Shown here piece by piece: positions 36,548 to 46,888 of a stretch of 64,000 nucleotides of DNA. Source of the stretch: a bacterium (GTDB taxonomy: Bacteria > 4484-113 > JAFGCY01); contig JADZFO010000011.1 in the NCBI GenBank assembly GCA_020849855.1, positions 7,318 through 71,317 on the forward strand. The letters are read 5' to 3'. Below the pieces are notes generated by a model. It did not search any database and was not told the origin of the DNA. It worked only from the letters and a program-made list of their open reading frames with translations. How positions within the stretch are numbered: position 1 is the first letter of the stretch; each line of letters begins with the position of its first letter. Position numbers and translations under genes: made by a program.

Positions 36548-37501
36548 ATGCGCACTTCGCATTTCACACTGATTCTGACCCTGGCCACTGTCTGCCTTCT
36601 GCTGGCGCCGCGGGCTGCCAGCGCCGCCGAGATCGTGGAGTGGACACCGGGCAAACACAGCGAAAAGGACAAGGAGAGGGCCTGGTTTGATAACGAACAT
36701 GAGGACGATTTCATCTGGATCGCGCTGGAAGAACTGAGCGGCAAGCGCCCGGCGGCGGATGCCAGCCGCAGCGAGCTGGCAAAGGCCACGCTGGCGCTGC
36801 TTAACGAGCTGCCGAAGTACGGTGAGCGCGAAACGAAAATGCTCAGGCCGCCGGTGCCCTTCTTTGTCACTGAAGGCTATCTCAGCCTGGGCAAGGCGAC
36901 TCTGCCGGCCAGCCGCTACATGAAGTACTACACGGCCGGTGAGCATCCTGAGTTCTTCACCGATGCGACCGCCTTGAGCGACACTGCCGCCCTGTATTGC
37001 TACTTCAGCATGTACGACGCCGAGTGGTTCGGGATAACGCGCATTCCGGCCTACAAGGCCTGGCTGAGCTGCGTAGCCCTGAGCTATCCGCCGCACTGGC
37101 AGAAGTTCAAGGGTATGGGGCAAAGCGCTCTGCACGAGCGCCTGGTGACGCCCTTCCAGACGAAGGACGAGCCCTGGCGCGAGATCGATAACTGGATCAC
37201 GGCCTATACCCGGCCCGAGCTGGACGGCGAGCCGCAGGTCTTTGTAAAGCCCCTGGTACGCAATGCGCTGGTGGCCGAACTGCTGGACAATGCCGGTCTG
37301 GACTTCGACCCGCGCTACCTGAAGGAGCGCGCATACAGCAACAGTGCGCCCTCGCTGCCGGGCTACGACAGCCGCAGGGCCAGCCTGCTGGCGGCGCTGA
37401 CACTCGAGCTGAGCCAGGAGATCTATGAGCAGGACGGCAACACGAAGCAGCCCCTGTGGCTGCGCGACTGGTTCCTCGAGCGCTTCAACACCCTGAAGTA
37501 G
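36548..37501 (+). CDS. Secreted hypothetical protein
   Basis: SD GGAG before MRTSHF; signal peptide ending AASA; host-like codon usage. Confidence 0.7.
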   Translation: MRTSHFTLILTLATVCLLLAPRAASAAEIVEWTPGKHSEKDKERAWFDNEHEDDFIWIALEELSGKRPAADASRSELAKATLALLNELPKYGERETKMLRPPVPFFVTEGYLSLGKATLPASRYMKYYTAGEHPEFFTDATALSDTAALYCYFSMYDAEWFGITRIPAYKAWLSCVALSYPPHWQKFKGMGQSALHERLVTPFQTKDEPWREIDNWITAYTRPELDGEPQVFVKPLVRNALVAELLDNAGLDFDPRYLKERAYSNSAPSLPGYDSRRASLLAALTLELSQEIYEQDGNTKQPLWLRDWFLERFNTLK

Positions 37502-37549
37502 TCGGGGCCCGGACTGCCGGGCCTGCGCGCTGCTGAAGTCTGCGGGCGC

Positions 37550-38989
37550 TTAAAGGGCCGGCGCGGGCTGCTGATCGAGGCTGGCCACATGCGCAAAGCA
37601 GGCCTCAAGGTCGGCGATTATGTCGCTGGTCTCTTCGATACCGACGCTCAGGCGGATGCCGCCGGATTCCAGGCCGGCCGCCGCGCGCTCGCTTTCCGGA
37701 ATTGCGCTGTGGGTCATTGAGCAGGGGTTTTCGATCAGGGTCTTGACCTGTCCCAGGCTGACCGCCAGGGTGATGCAGTAGCTGTTGTCGGCCGCATAGT
37801 CGATAAAGGCCTCGGCCCGGGCATTGGAACCCGGCGCTTCCTTCAGGGTGAAATAGACCATGCTGCCGGGCATGAAAGCGCCGTCATAGCCGCGCATTTG
37901 CTTCCTGGCCAGCGCGTGCTGGGGGTCAGCCTCCAGGCCGGGGTAGCGCACCTTTGCCACCAGGGGATGCGCCTCCAGATACTCCGCTATGCGGCCGGCG
38001 GAATGCTGCATCTGGCGCATGCGCACGGGCAGGGTCGGCAGGCCATAGACCAGCGGGGGCCAGGCGGCCTTGGGCGAGAGGCTGCCGCCGAAGTCCTTGC
38101 GGTAAAGCAGCAGCTCAGGCTCAAGCCTGGCCGGGGCGATGACCACACCGCCCATATCGGTGCCAAAGCCGCCGATGCCCTTGGTCAGCGAGTGGACGAC
38201 GATATCAATGCCCTGCTCCATCGGCCGCTGGCAGACCGGGGTGCTGAAGGTGTTGTCGCAGACCGAGAGGATCTGCTCGGGCTCGGGGAGCCCGGCATTC
38301 GCGCCGGCGATAACCGCGGCCACGCCGGCCAGGTCGATCAGCTCAAGGGTCGGATTGACTGGTGATTCAAGGTACACCAGGCGTGTGTTCGGGCGGATGG
38401 CACCGCGCAGGGTTTCAAGGTCGGTCATGTCGATGAAGCTGACCTCAATGCCCAGACGTGGATACCAGTTGCGCAGCAGGCTGGCCGTGCAGCCGTACAG
38501 GCAGTTGTGGGCGATCACGTGAGTGCCGCTCTGGGCCCGGATGCCGAGCGCCGCGGAGATAGCGGCCATGCCGGTGGCGAAGGAAACGGCGCGCACGGGC
38601 TGGCCGTGGGTCACTGACTCAAGCGCGCCAGCGCCTTCGGCCTCGGCCAGGCGCTCTTCCAGCATGGCCGCGGTGGGCTCATGCAGGCGGTCATAGATGA
38701 AGATGTCCTGCTGGGCCTGCTCGGCGAGGCTCAGCTCGGGGCTGGCGAAGTTGCAGAAGCCCAGCGCGCCGCGGGCAGCGGAGCTGAGGCGGTAGGTGGC
38801 CGAAGCGCTCATCGGCGGGACGACATGGTGGCTGTAATCCCAGTGCGGGGTGTACATCTCGCCGTGGATAAAGCGGCTGCGCTGGGAGTAGCGCCGCGGG
38901 GGGCCGGCAGCAGAGCCGGGCTCGCCGGCTCCCTGGCCGGGCATTCGGGGCTGTTCGTCGCTGTTGCCGTTCAGATGCTCATCCGCCAT
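37550..38989 (-). CDS. Methionine gamma-lyase-like trans-sulfuration PLP enzyme
   Basis: YDRL..PT, FATGMAAI, LYGCT (Tyr/Cys pair typical of methionine gamma-lyase), ESPVNPTL, DNTF.TP, HSLTK, AVSLG...TLI..P.SMTH, IRLSVGIE. SD AGGAGA before MADEHL. Confidence 0.88.
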   Translation of the reverse strand: MADEHLNGNSDEQPRMPGQGAGEPGSAAGPPRRYSQRSRFIHGEMYTPHWDYSHHVVPPMSASATYRLSSAARGALGFCNFASPELSLAEQAQQDIFIYDRLHEPTAAMLEERLAEAEGAGALESVTHGQPVRAVSFATGMAAISAALGIRAQSGTHVIAHNCLYGCTASLLRNWYPRLGIEVSFIDMTDLETLRGAIRPNTRLVYLESPVNPTLELIDLAGVAAVIAGANAGLPEPEQILSVCDNTFSTPVCQRPMEQGIDIVVHSLTKGIGGFGTDMGGVVIAPARLEPELLLYRKDFGGSLSPKAAWPPLVYGLPTLPVRMRQMQHSAGRIAEYLEAHPLVAKVRYPGLEADPQHALARKQMRGYDGAFMPGSMVYFTLKEAPGSNARAEAFIDYAADNSYCITLAVSLGQVKTLIENPCSMTHSAIPESERAAAGLESGGIRLSVGIEETSDIIADLEACFAHVASLDQQPAPAL

Positions 38990-39072
38990 AGAAATCTCCT
39001 TGGCCCAAGGCCTGAGCATTCTAGCTGGCGAATCTCTGTCGCAAATGAGTGCTGGGTGCGCCGGCAGGCCAG

Positions 39073-41001
39073 TTAGTCGAGCGGCACAGTGCGGGCGATC
39101 AATGCTTCGCTGCTGGCCGCGGTCTCAAAGAGGTCCAGATCCCCTGCGGCATCCACAAGTTCACTGGCGCTTTGATCAATCAGCTGGCTTTGCGTAAGCA
39201 CTGTGAGCGTATCGCCTGAGTCAACCAGACTGACGATGCCGGAGTAGTCTTCAGTAGTCAGGTCGGTACCGCGGTTGATTGTCGGCTGGGCGTCGGCCAG
39301 TGTCAGGGCGTCACCCAGACAGAAAAAGGACCCACAGTCCTCCAGGAAACTGAAGTAGAGCACGCCGAAGGTCAGCCATTCCTGTGGACTGGCATCAACT
39401 CTGCTCAGGCGGATAAAGCCGCTTTCTGTACCCTCACCCGCATCGCTGCGGGTCTGCACAAGCAGGTCGCCATTAGTGAAGCGCTCCGTCATCAGGCGTG
39501 TTTCAAGAGACACACTCGACCGTGGTGTGAGCAGCTTCTGGGCTGAAAGCAGAGCGCCGCTGCGGTCACTGCGTACGAGCAGGACGCCATCATCGAAGGA
39601 CGAGACATCCTGCCGTGGCACTGCGCTGGCGCTAACCATGTTTCCTGCTTCGTCGTAGGCCACTCCATTTTCAGAGAAGGTCAGGCTGAAGGAGAGGCTT
39701 GAGTCGAGATACTTGTCAAAGAGAACCTGGCCCGTCGAGTCAAGGCGCAGCAAGCTCGGGGTGCCCATGGAGGGCGGGTCAAAGGCACTACGGTGCCCGA
39801 CCAGCAGCAGGTCGCCTGTCGTCGGCTCGGAAATGATGCGGCGATACAGGGGCCGGTGGCTGGCGACCGCCCAGTTATGCTGCAGTTCCCGGACCAGGTT
39901 GCCATCCGGAGAAAGCCAGACCAGCGCCCCATAGTCATCCGGGTCTGATAGCACGTCATTTGACACAACAACATGGACCACCAGATTGCCGTCAGCGTCA
40001 AAGCCCAGGCCGCCCACGCTCTCTGTGCCTGCTGTGTCCCAGCGCCGGCACCAGACCGTGTTCAGGTCTGAGTCAGCCTTCATGATGAAGGCCTTGCGTG
40101 AGCTGCCAGCGGTGTAGGCCAGGTAGACATCGCCAGCCGCGTTGACGAGCATCTCCCTGATGCCAAGTTGAGAGCCAAACAGCTCAGGGTCAGTCCACTG
40201 GCGGGCGACCAGCAGGGTGCCGTCCTGGGAGAACTTGAGGATCGACGGCGTGACTTCGTCGCTGAGCGCCTCGGAGTCAATCGACACATACAGATTGCCC
40301 TCCGCATCCATCCCGCAGAAGCGGCCATCCTCAGACGCTGAGGTGCCCCAGCTGTGCGCCCAGTTCAGGGTCTCGCCATTGTGCTGGATGCTGACGCTGT
40401 TTACCGTCAACGCTGAGCCATAGGCAAGCACGGCAACATGCATCAGGCAGCTGTCTGAGGACAGATCTTCAGCGGGGCGATCTACTGTCAGGCTGGCGCT
40501 GTCGCTTAGAAGCGGCGCAATCTTCCAGTTGCCCGCCGAGTAATCGCTCAGGCCGATCCAGAACTGCTGCGGCTCCGCAGCGCTGCAGTCGATGCTGACA
40601 CTGGCAAGCTGCGCGCCATGCGGGACGGTGAAGGAATAGATGCCATAGCTCAGTTCATCCGTGCCCGGGGTCAGCTGCAGGGAAGTGCCATCCAGAGCCT
40701 GGGGCCCTGCGGAGCGGCTGAAGTCTGCACCGCTCAGGCTGCCGACCGCGGAGACTGCATGCGATTGGCCTTCAAGCGCTGTCAGGGCGGGGAGGCCATC
40801 GCGAACTGGCCGCGCTGCACTTCCGGAGGGCGCATTGGAAGTCGTCGTCTGCTCCGCGTAGCGCGCGGCACCGCCAGAGGCGCAGGCAGCCAGGCCGAGC
40901 ACACTGGCTGCGGTGGCAAGTGTGCACAGAATCAACGACATGCAGTGGTGCTTCGACAAGCTAACCCCCGATAACGCAAGCTGGAACTCTGAGCTGCACA
41001 C
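39073..41001 (-). CDS. Lipoprotein: shared N-terminal module plus beta-propeller (SBBP-like) repeats
   Basis: Lipobox LAAC; repeats D..GN+Y+...K....G..+W. Start may be 40941. Confidence 0.72.
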   Translation of the reverse strand: MCSSEFQLALSGVSLSKHHCMSLILCTLATAASVLGLAACASGGAARYAEQTTTSNAPSGSAARPVRDGLPALTALEGQSHAVSAVGSLSGADFSRSAGPQALDGTSLQLTPGTDELSYGIYSFTVPHGAQLASVSIDCSAAEPQQFWIGLSDYSAGNWKIAPLLSDSASLTVDRPAEDLSSDSCLMHVAVLAYGSALTVNSVSIQHNGETLNWAHSWGTSASEDGRFCGMDAEGNLYVSIDSEALSDEVTPSILKFSQDGTLLVARQWTDPELFGSQLGIREMLVNAAGDVYLAYTAGSSRKAFIMKADSDLNTVWCRRWDTAGTESVGGLGFDADGNLVVHVVVSNDVLSDPDDYGALVWLSPDGNLVRELQHNWAVASHRPLYRRIISEPTTGDLLLVGHRSAFDPPSMGTPSLLRLDSTGQVLFDKYLDSSLSFSLTFSENGVAYDEAGNMVSASAVPRQDVSSFDDGVLLVRSDRSGALLSAQKLLTPRSSVSLETRLMTERFTNGDLLVQTRSDAGEGTESGFIRLSRVDASPQEWLTFGVLYFSFLEDCGSFFCLGDALTLADAQPTINRGTDLTTEDYSGIVSLVDSGDTLTVLTQSQLIDQSASELVDAAGDLDLFETAASSEALIARTVPLD

Positions 41002-41089
41002 AAACAGGCTACTACCGAGCGATGCAGTTTTAGTGTGAGCTTCTCATTTTTACACTGTGCTGCAATGAAGCTGATGACGGCCTGGCGGA

Positions 41090-42037
41090 CTAGTCCCAGT
41101 ACAGCTCAACCATGAGCGGAAAGTGGTCGCTAAGGTAGCCCAGCGTGGCCTGCCTGCCCTTGCCGACGCGCCAGCTGTCACGGATCAGCTCGCTGCTGAT
41201 CAGGCTGAAGTCAGGGCTGCTCAGGACATAGTCGATCCGCCTACTGCCGGCCTCGCCTGTCCAGTTGTGGAAGGTCCCGTTGGCAGACTCGTCCATGGGC
41301 AGACGTTCGTTGCTGCTGCTGTAGGTGAAGTTGCCCAGGGCGTGGCAGTCCTGGAGCTGGCTGAGCAGGGCCTGCATGGGAGCACTGTCCGGCGTGCAGT
41401 TGAAATCGCCGGTCAGCAGCACCGGCATCTCCGCGCCGTTGGCCATAAAGCTCTCGCCGATGCGCTGCAGAAGCAGCTTCGCGCTTTCCAGGCGCGCCTG
41501 CTCGCCGACGTGGTCGAAGTGCGCGTTGTAAAGCCAGAAGCTCCTGGCGTTCAGCCTGTCGTGGAGATGGACCCAGGAGCAGATTCGGGGCAGGGCGGCA
41601 TCCCAGGCAGTCTCGCCCAGCTTTCCCTCGGGCGCAAGCCCAAAGGAGCCGGAGTCGATCAGCTCAAAACGATCCGCGCGCCAGAGGATGGCGCACATTT
41701 CTCCGCCGCCGTCCTTCTCCCGGCCCAGGGCATAAGCAGCATGGCCCGGCAACGCCGCCTTGATCTGTTCGAGCTGGAAATCCAGGCACTCCTGCAGGCC
41801 GATCAGATCCGGATCACGCTGCTTCAGCATCGCCAGCACATGCTCGCGCCGCCTGTCCCAGCGGTTCGGCCCGTCATCGGCAGTCCCGTAACGGATGTTG
41901 AAGCTCATTACCCGCAGAGGATCAATGGCCTTGGCTTCAGCCCCGGCGGGAGAGGGCAGGCAGAGCGCAAGGCAGGCCGTGGCCAGCAGACCGGCGGAGC
42001 CAAGAAGAATGCTAAAGAGCTGCAGGCCGGGCTTCAT
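41090..42037 (-). CDS. Secreted endonuclease/exonuclease/phosphatase (EEP) family protein
   Basis: VMSFNIRY, DLIGLQE, NAHFDH, LTGDFN, RIDYV, SDHFP; N-terminal signal peptide. Confidence 0.92.
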   Translation of the reverse strand: MKPGLQLFSILLGSAGLLATACLALCLPSPAGAEAKAIDPLRVMSFNIRYGTADDGPNRWDRRREHVLAMLKQRDPDLIGLQECLDFQLEQIKAALPGHAAYALGREKDGGGEMCAILWRADRFELIDSGSFGLAPEGKLGETAWDAALPRICSWVHLHDRLNARSFWLYNAHFDHVGEQARLESAKLLLQRIGESFMANGAEMPVLLTGDFNCTPDSAPMQALLSQLQDCHALGNFTYSSSNERLPMDESANGTFHNWTGEAGSRRIDYVLSSPDFSLISSELIRDSWRVGKGRQATLGYLSDHFPLMVELYWD

Positions 42038-43407
42038 CGCAGGAGCTCCGCGACAGAGCTGTGCCCGCCGGCCAGGGCCAGGTCTTCCGGCGACTGGCCG
42101 TCGTTTGTGCGCAGGTAAGGGTTGGCGCCGGCGGTGATCAGCATCTGCACAAAGCCGGCGCTGCCCACAAAGGCGGCGGAGTGCAGGGCGGTCAGGCCAT
42201 ACTGCGGCTCCTGGAAGTTCAGGTTCGCGCCGGAGTCGATCAGCACCTGACCCACCTCGACATTGCCCTGGTTGGCGGCCAGCAGCAGGGCCGTGTTGCC
42301 TTCAAAGTCCGTTGGCACATCCACGCCTGAACCGTTGGCGATGAGCAGTGTGGCCACTTCCACGGCATTGGCGTTCGCGGCATCGTGCAGGGGGGTCAGG
42401 CCCAGGTCGTTGCGGCTCTCGATCTCAGCGCCGCAGGAGATCAGCATGCGGGCGCTGTCGGCTGCGTTGCCGATGGCCGTTTGATGCAGCGGTGTCCCCA
42501 GGTCGCCGCCGGCGTTGAGGTTGAAGTCCGCGCCATTGGCGATCAGGATCGCCACGCAGTCGACATAGTTGTTGTAGCTCGCAGAGTGCAGGGCCGGTGA
42601 GCCGAAGGTCTTGCTGGCCGCGTTGACGTCCACGCCCTCGCTGGCCGCCAGGTACTTTGCAACCGGGGCATTGCCGGCGGCGCAGGCAAAGACCAGCGCA
42701 TCCTGGGGCTGGTAGTACTCGCCAAGCTCCTGGGCGATGGCCCAGTCCGTCACTTCCGCATCGCTGGCAGCTGTAACCGCCTCGGCAATTCCGTAGACCT
42801 GCTCCATGCCGTCCATGCTCACGGCAGAGCCGCCGTCCGGGGCGAAGGCACCGCCGTCGAGGCCCGGGCTGCTGGCATCTGTGCTGGTCACCACGCCACC
42901 GTTCTTGGCGGCTTCCTTTTCCTGCTTGTCCAGGTAGAAGCCCAGGCCCGCAAAGCCGGCGAAGAGCAGCACAGAGCAGCCGCAGCAGCCACCCACAACC
43001 CAGCCAATGATCTTGAGGGTGTTGTCCGGCTTCTTCGGGGCCGGGGGCGCGCTGTAGCCCTGTACCGGCTGGGCATCCGGCTGGGGCCAGGCCGGCGAAG
43101 GCGTGGTCGAATCACCCGGCGGCGCTGGCGGCGGCTGGACGGAGCTGCTGCTGCCGGCCCAGATACCCGCGCCTTCGGTGCCGTCAGGGAAGGCTGTGCT
43201 GACTGGAATCTCACCCGTGCCAGGCGCCGAGCCCGGAGGCGCTGCAACCGGCCCGGCGGGCGTGGCACTCTGGCCAGATGGATCGCCTCCGGCCAGGCGC
43301 TCCAGCCCGGGGCCACCGGGGGCGGAGCCAAGCATAAAGCCGCAGTGGCCGCAGAAACTGGCCCCCGGGGGGTTATCGCTGCCGCACTTGGGACAGACAC
43401 CGCTCAT
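42034..43407 (-). CDS. Zinc-ribbon + Pro-rich linker + single TM + ankyrin-repeat protein
   Basis: CPKC..N...FCGHCG; TM IIGWVVGGCCGCSVLLFAGFAGLGFYL; about 5-6 ankyrin repeats (TPLHQTA, TPLHDAA, TALLLAA, TALHSAA). Confidence 0.88.
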   Translation of the reverse strand: MSGVCPKCGSDNPPGASFCGHCGFMLGSAPGGPGLERLAGGDPSGQSATPAGPVAAPPGSAPGTGEIPVSTAFPDGTEGAGIWAGSSSSVQPPPAPPGDSTTPSPAWPQPDAQPVQGYSAPPAPKKPDNTLKIIGWVVGGCCGCSVLLFAGFAGLGFYLDKQEKEAAKNGGVVTSTDASSPGLDGGAFAPDGGSAVSMDGMEQVYGIAEAVTAASDAEVTDWAIAQELGEYYQPQDALVFACAAGNAPVAKYLAASEGVDVNAASKTFGSPALHSASYNNYVDCVAILIANGADFNLNAGGDLGTPLHQTAIGNAADSARMLISCGAEIESRNDLGLTPLHDAANANAVEVATLLIANGSGVDVPTDFEGNTALLLAANQGNVEVGQVLIDSGANLNFQEPQYGLTALHSAAFVGSAGFVQMLITAGANPYLRTNDGQSPEDLALAGGHSSVAELLR

Positions 43408-43474
43408 TGGACCCAATGCTCCTTGCCGCTCAGCGGCTGAGCGATGTTAGCAGAATGGCCGGAGCGCTTGAAGC

Positions 43475-46400
43475 TCAGAGGGTGCTGCGGCACAGGACGC
43501 GGTCGCTGGCGGGATCGTGATAAATCAGATGCCAGCGGCCATCGACCCCGGCGGTGATGACCGCGCGGTTGATGCTGCCAAGGCCGCCGGGCAGCGGCAG
43601 CTCTTCAAACTTCCCAAAGTCACTCCATTCAAGGTACTGCTCGCGGCCGTCCAGGCTGGTGATCACCGCCACCGCAGTGGGGCCGGCGACTGTATAGGCG
43701 CTGACTGTCCGGCGCAGCTCCTGCCTGTAAAAGTCGCTCAGGTCGGACTCGAAAGGAATGATGGAGCTGTGGTCACCGTTAACGTCTGGGAACAGATAGC
43801 GCTGCGGTGAAGTGGTGTTGCCCATGCTGGTGTAGTAGACCTGGTCATAGCTGGATACCAGGCTGAAGATGAGTCCAGGCGCCGCCCCGCCCAGACACCA
43901 GGCGGTGGCAAAACTCTGGCCGCGGACAGAGTCGCTTGTCATCGGGTCGTTGGGTGGGTTGCCCGGCGGCGGGAAGGCCCAGTTGTTGTTGGTGCCGTTC
44001 TCCATCCAGGAGGTGTAGCCGACATTGGGACCCAGCAGTCCGCCGCCGTTGCTGAAGCTGTAGAAGTTGAAGAACTCATCTGAGCCGGTGACCGCGCCGT
44101 CCCAGAGGGGCAGCAGATCCGGGCTGGTGCTGTAGCTGCTGAATGTCCCTGTACTGCCGGTGGCGATCTGCAGGTCCCCGGGGATAGAGTCGTCGTAATG
44201 CAGCCAGACATGCGTATCACTGGTGGGGTCATCGCTGAGGATCGGATGGTGTTCAGGCTGCCCGCTGGCCAGCAGCTCGCCGTTGAAACTGCGCGCCACC
44301 TGATCCCAGCTTGAGAGGCCATGCCCGATGGCGGAAGCGGCGGTGATCAGGACTTCGCCGTCTTTTCCGCTGCCGAGGTCAAAGTAGGGCACATAGGTCT
44401 CATCCACCTCCTGGACCCAGGTCTGTGTGTCCGCTGAACTCATGTGCCGGGTCAGGTAGGCGTAGCTGGTCCACATCGCGTGCAGGCCGTCACCACCGAA
44501 GACGGCCTGCAGGTTCTGGCCCTGGCCCTCGATGGAGACAATCTGCGTCACCGGCGAATCGCCGCCGCCAAGATCAAGGCCCAGGACGTTGAAGCTGTTG
44601 TTCAGGTCCTCGCAAATGACCATAACCTGCGCGGGCCCGGAGGGGCAGAACTGGAAGTATCCGTAGTCCGACTTCATCTGGGCCGGCGCGGACACCGGGC
44701 TGCTGCCGGCCGTGCTCACCTGGTGCAGGCTGACCTGGTCGCCGCTGTTGGCCCGGGTCAGGCACAGGGCCGTGCCGTCGCTGAGGAACTCCAGCCGGCA
44801 CTCCTGGCCATTGTCGGCGCTGTCGTCAACGACCAGCGGGCTGCTCCAGACAGCGGCATCATTCCTCTCGCTGAAGCGGCAGCGTGCCGACGGCAGTGTT
44901 GTGTAATAGACCACGGCGGCCCGGCCGCTGTCCGGGTTGACCTCCAGGTCCAGCCCGCCCAGCGCAAGCGTATCCGGGCTGATCACGCTGGACGGGCCCA
45001 CGGTGCCATCCAGTGGGTTGAACTCATAGTTCAGGGTGCCGACGGGCAGGCTGAGGGCCAGCTCGATCCTTTCCGTTACGGGGTTGAACTCCGCATCGAT
45101 GGCGGTCAGGCTGCCAATTCCGGGCACCGGGTCTGTAATCATTGAAAGCGCCCCGCTGAGCAGGCCGAGGCGGCTGGCCCGCACATTTATGTCCGGGCCG
45201 TCGACAACCGTGAAGAACAGCCAGGCATTGCCTCCGCCGTCTTCGGCTAGCGCGCAGGGTGCAAAGGGCGGCGGGGCCGGAGAGCTGAGAGCACCGGGAT
45301 TCGCCACATCCATGAACTCGCCCTCGCCCTTACCGCCATTGGCCAGCGGATCCCAGATCAGGACCAGGTTGCTGGCCTGATTGCTCACTGGTACCAGAAC
45401 ACGCTCCTGGACAAAGCTGCCGTCGCTTTGCTGCTGATAAACGCTGAACATGGCCTGGCTGATGTCATAACCCACGATACTCAGCAGGCCCGTGGCGGGG
45501 TTCCTGACGATCTGCGGTTTGAAGAGGCGTGGAATGAGGGTGCTGAGGTTCTGCTCGGGCTCACGTACCACCACTGAACTTGATTCCCAGCGCGGATAAA
45601 CCTTGACCTCAAAGCTTTGGCGGCTGAAGGAGCCGCTGGAGTCCAGTACCTGCACAGCGATGCGGTGGCAGCCCGCCGGCAGAGTGAGCGTCAGTAGCGG
45701 GTCACTGCCGCTGACCGGGCTGACGCCATAGATGCCAGCGGCGGCGTAGGCGGTGATTGCATCGCCGTCAGGGTCGAAGCAATCACCGAAGTCAAGCTTC
45801 AGGTCATAGGGCGCGTAGTAGCGCCCGTATGGCAGCTTCATGCGGATCACCGGCGGGAGGCTGCTGCCAGAGCTGATGCCGGAGCTTGTGGTCAGCCAGA
45901 TGCTCTGGTTGCCGCTGCTGTCCACGGCGGCCGCGCGCCAGCGGTAAGCTTCGCCGCTGACGGCATCAGGGTCGTGGAACTGCAGGCCAGGATAAACCTC
46001 GGTGGTCACACGAGTGAAGGGTCCACTGAGCAGGGGGGCGCGCTCGATGATGTAGCCGGCGAAGTCCGGATCGCTTTGGCTGGGTGAGGCGTTCAGCCAG
46101 GCCACCGCGCCGTTGTCGCCGGAGATCGGCAGCAGCGATAGCGGCGGCAGGGGCGCATCGTCCCCGCCGCTGACGCCCAGCTCCAGCTTGCGGAGGACGA
46201 TGCCGGGGGCTTCGGGCGCGATGAGCGCGAAGTAGTGCGTGCCATCGGATGCGCAGTAGGCCCGCGGGTCGGTGTAAGGCGTGATGTTGGGAATCTCGAC
46301 TTCAGCATCGCCGTTGAAGGGGCCGGCGAAGACCCAGCGGCCGGCGATGTAGTCGCTGTAAGCCACGAAGTAAGGCCCGGCCGGGGCTTCCAGACTGACC

Positions 46401-46780
46401 TTGAGGCCCGTGGAGAAACTGTCACCATCAAAGCCAAAGGCGCCAAAGACCGCAAAGGCCTCGGCAACCCCGGGCTGCATGGCCAGGTCCCCGTCGGGCT
46501 GGCTTGTGCACTGCGCCGAGCGCAGGCTCAGGGAGGCGGCGATATCCAGCCAGCCGGGGCCGGAAATGGATGCGCTGCGCAGGCCTTCAAGCTGGCTCAG
46601 CGCCGGCAGGCCCTTGAACTGCGGCTGCACCGGCAGGGCGCTGCGCTGGGGCGCTGGCCCCTGAAGCGCAGACAGGGCCGGGTCAGCAGCCGGGCCAAAT
46701 GGGCTGCTGTTGGAACTGCCACAGCCGGACAGGCCCAGCCAGACAGCCAGGAAGAGCAGGACGGGCAGCACAGCGCGCAT
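43475..46780 (-). CDS. Large lipoprotein: shared N-terminal module, FN3-like and PKD-like domains, propeller-like C-region
   Basis: Lipobox LSGC; DFAGYIIER...YRWRAAAVDSSGN (FN3-like); DPDGD.I..Y (PKD-like). SD GGAGG before MRAVLP. Confidence 0.78.
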   Translation of the reverse strand: MRAVLPVLLFLAVWLGLSGCGSSNSSPFGPAADPALSALQGPAPQRSALPVQPQFKGLPALSQLEGLRSASISGPGWLDIAASLSLRSAQCTSQPDGDLAMQPGVAEAFAVFGAFGFDGDSFSTGLKVSLEAPAGPYFVAYSDYIAGRWVFAGPFNGDAEVEIPNITPYTDPRAYCASDGTHYFALIAPEAPGIVLRKLELGVSGGDDAPLPPLSLLPISGDNGAVAWLNASPSQSDPDFAGYIIERAPLLSGPFTRVTTEVYPGLQFHDPDAVSGEAYRWRAAAVDSSGNQSIWLTTSSGISSGSSLPPVIRMKLPYGRYYAPYDLKLDFGDCFDPDGDAITAYAAAGIYGVSPVSGSDPLLTLTLPAGCHRIAVQVLDSSGSFSRQSFEVKVYPRWESSSVVVREPEQNLSTLIPRLFKPQIVRNPATGLLSIVGYDISQAMFSVYQQQSDGSFVQERVLVPVSNQASNLVLIWDPLANGGKGEGEFMDVANPGALSSPAPPPFAPCALAEDGGGNAWLFFTVVDGPDINVRASRLGLLSGALSMITDPVPGIGSLTAIDAEFNPVTERIELALSLPVGTLNYEFNPLDGTVGPSSVISPDTLALGGLDLEVNPDSGRAAVVYYTTLPSARCRFSERNDAAVWSSPLVVDDSADNGQECRLEFLSDGTALCLTRANSGDQVSLHQVSTAGSSPVSAPAQMKSDYGYFQFCPSGPAQVMVICEDLNNSFNVLGLDLGGGDSPVTQIVSIEGQGQNLQAVFGGDGLHAMWTSYAYLTRHMSSADTQTWVQEVDETYVPYFDLGSGKDGEVLITAASAIGHGLSSWDQVARSFNGELLASGQPEHHPILSDDPTSDTHVWLHYDDSIPGDLQIATGSTGTFSSYSTSPDLLPLWDGAVTGSDEFFNFYSFSNGGGLLGPNVGYTSWMENGTNNNWAFPPPGNPPNDPMTSDSVRGQSFATAWCLGGAAPGLIFSLVSSYDQVYYTSMGNTTSPQRYLFPDVNGDHSSIIPFESDLSDFYRQELRRTVSAYTVAGPTAVAVITSLDGREQYLEWSDFGKFEELPLPGGLGSINRAVITAGVDGRWHLIYHDPASDRVLCRSTL

Positions 46781-46888
46781 AAGAACCTCCCGCAGCAACG
46801 CGGCATCCGGCTAGTATAGCCATGCTGGCCAGGCCTGAAACAACGTAGTGCATAACAATTATTGTGCCTGAGATGCTAGAATCCGCCC

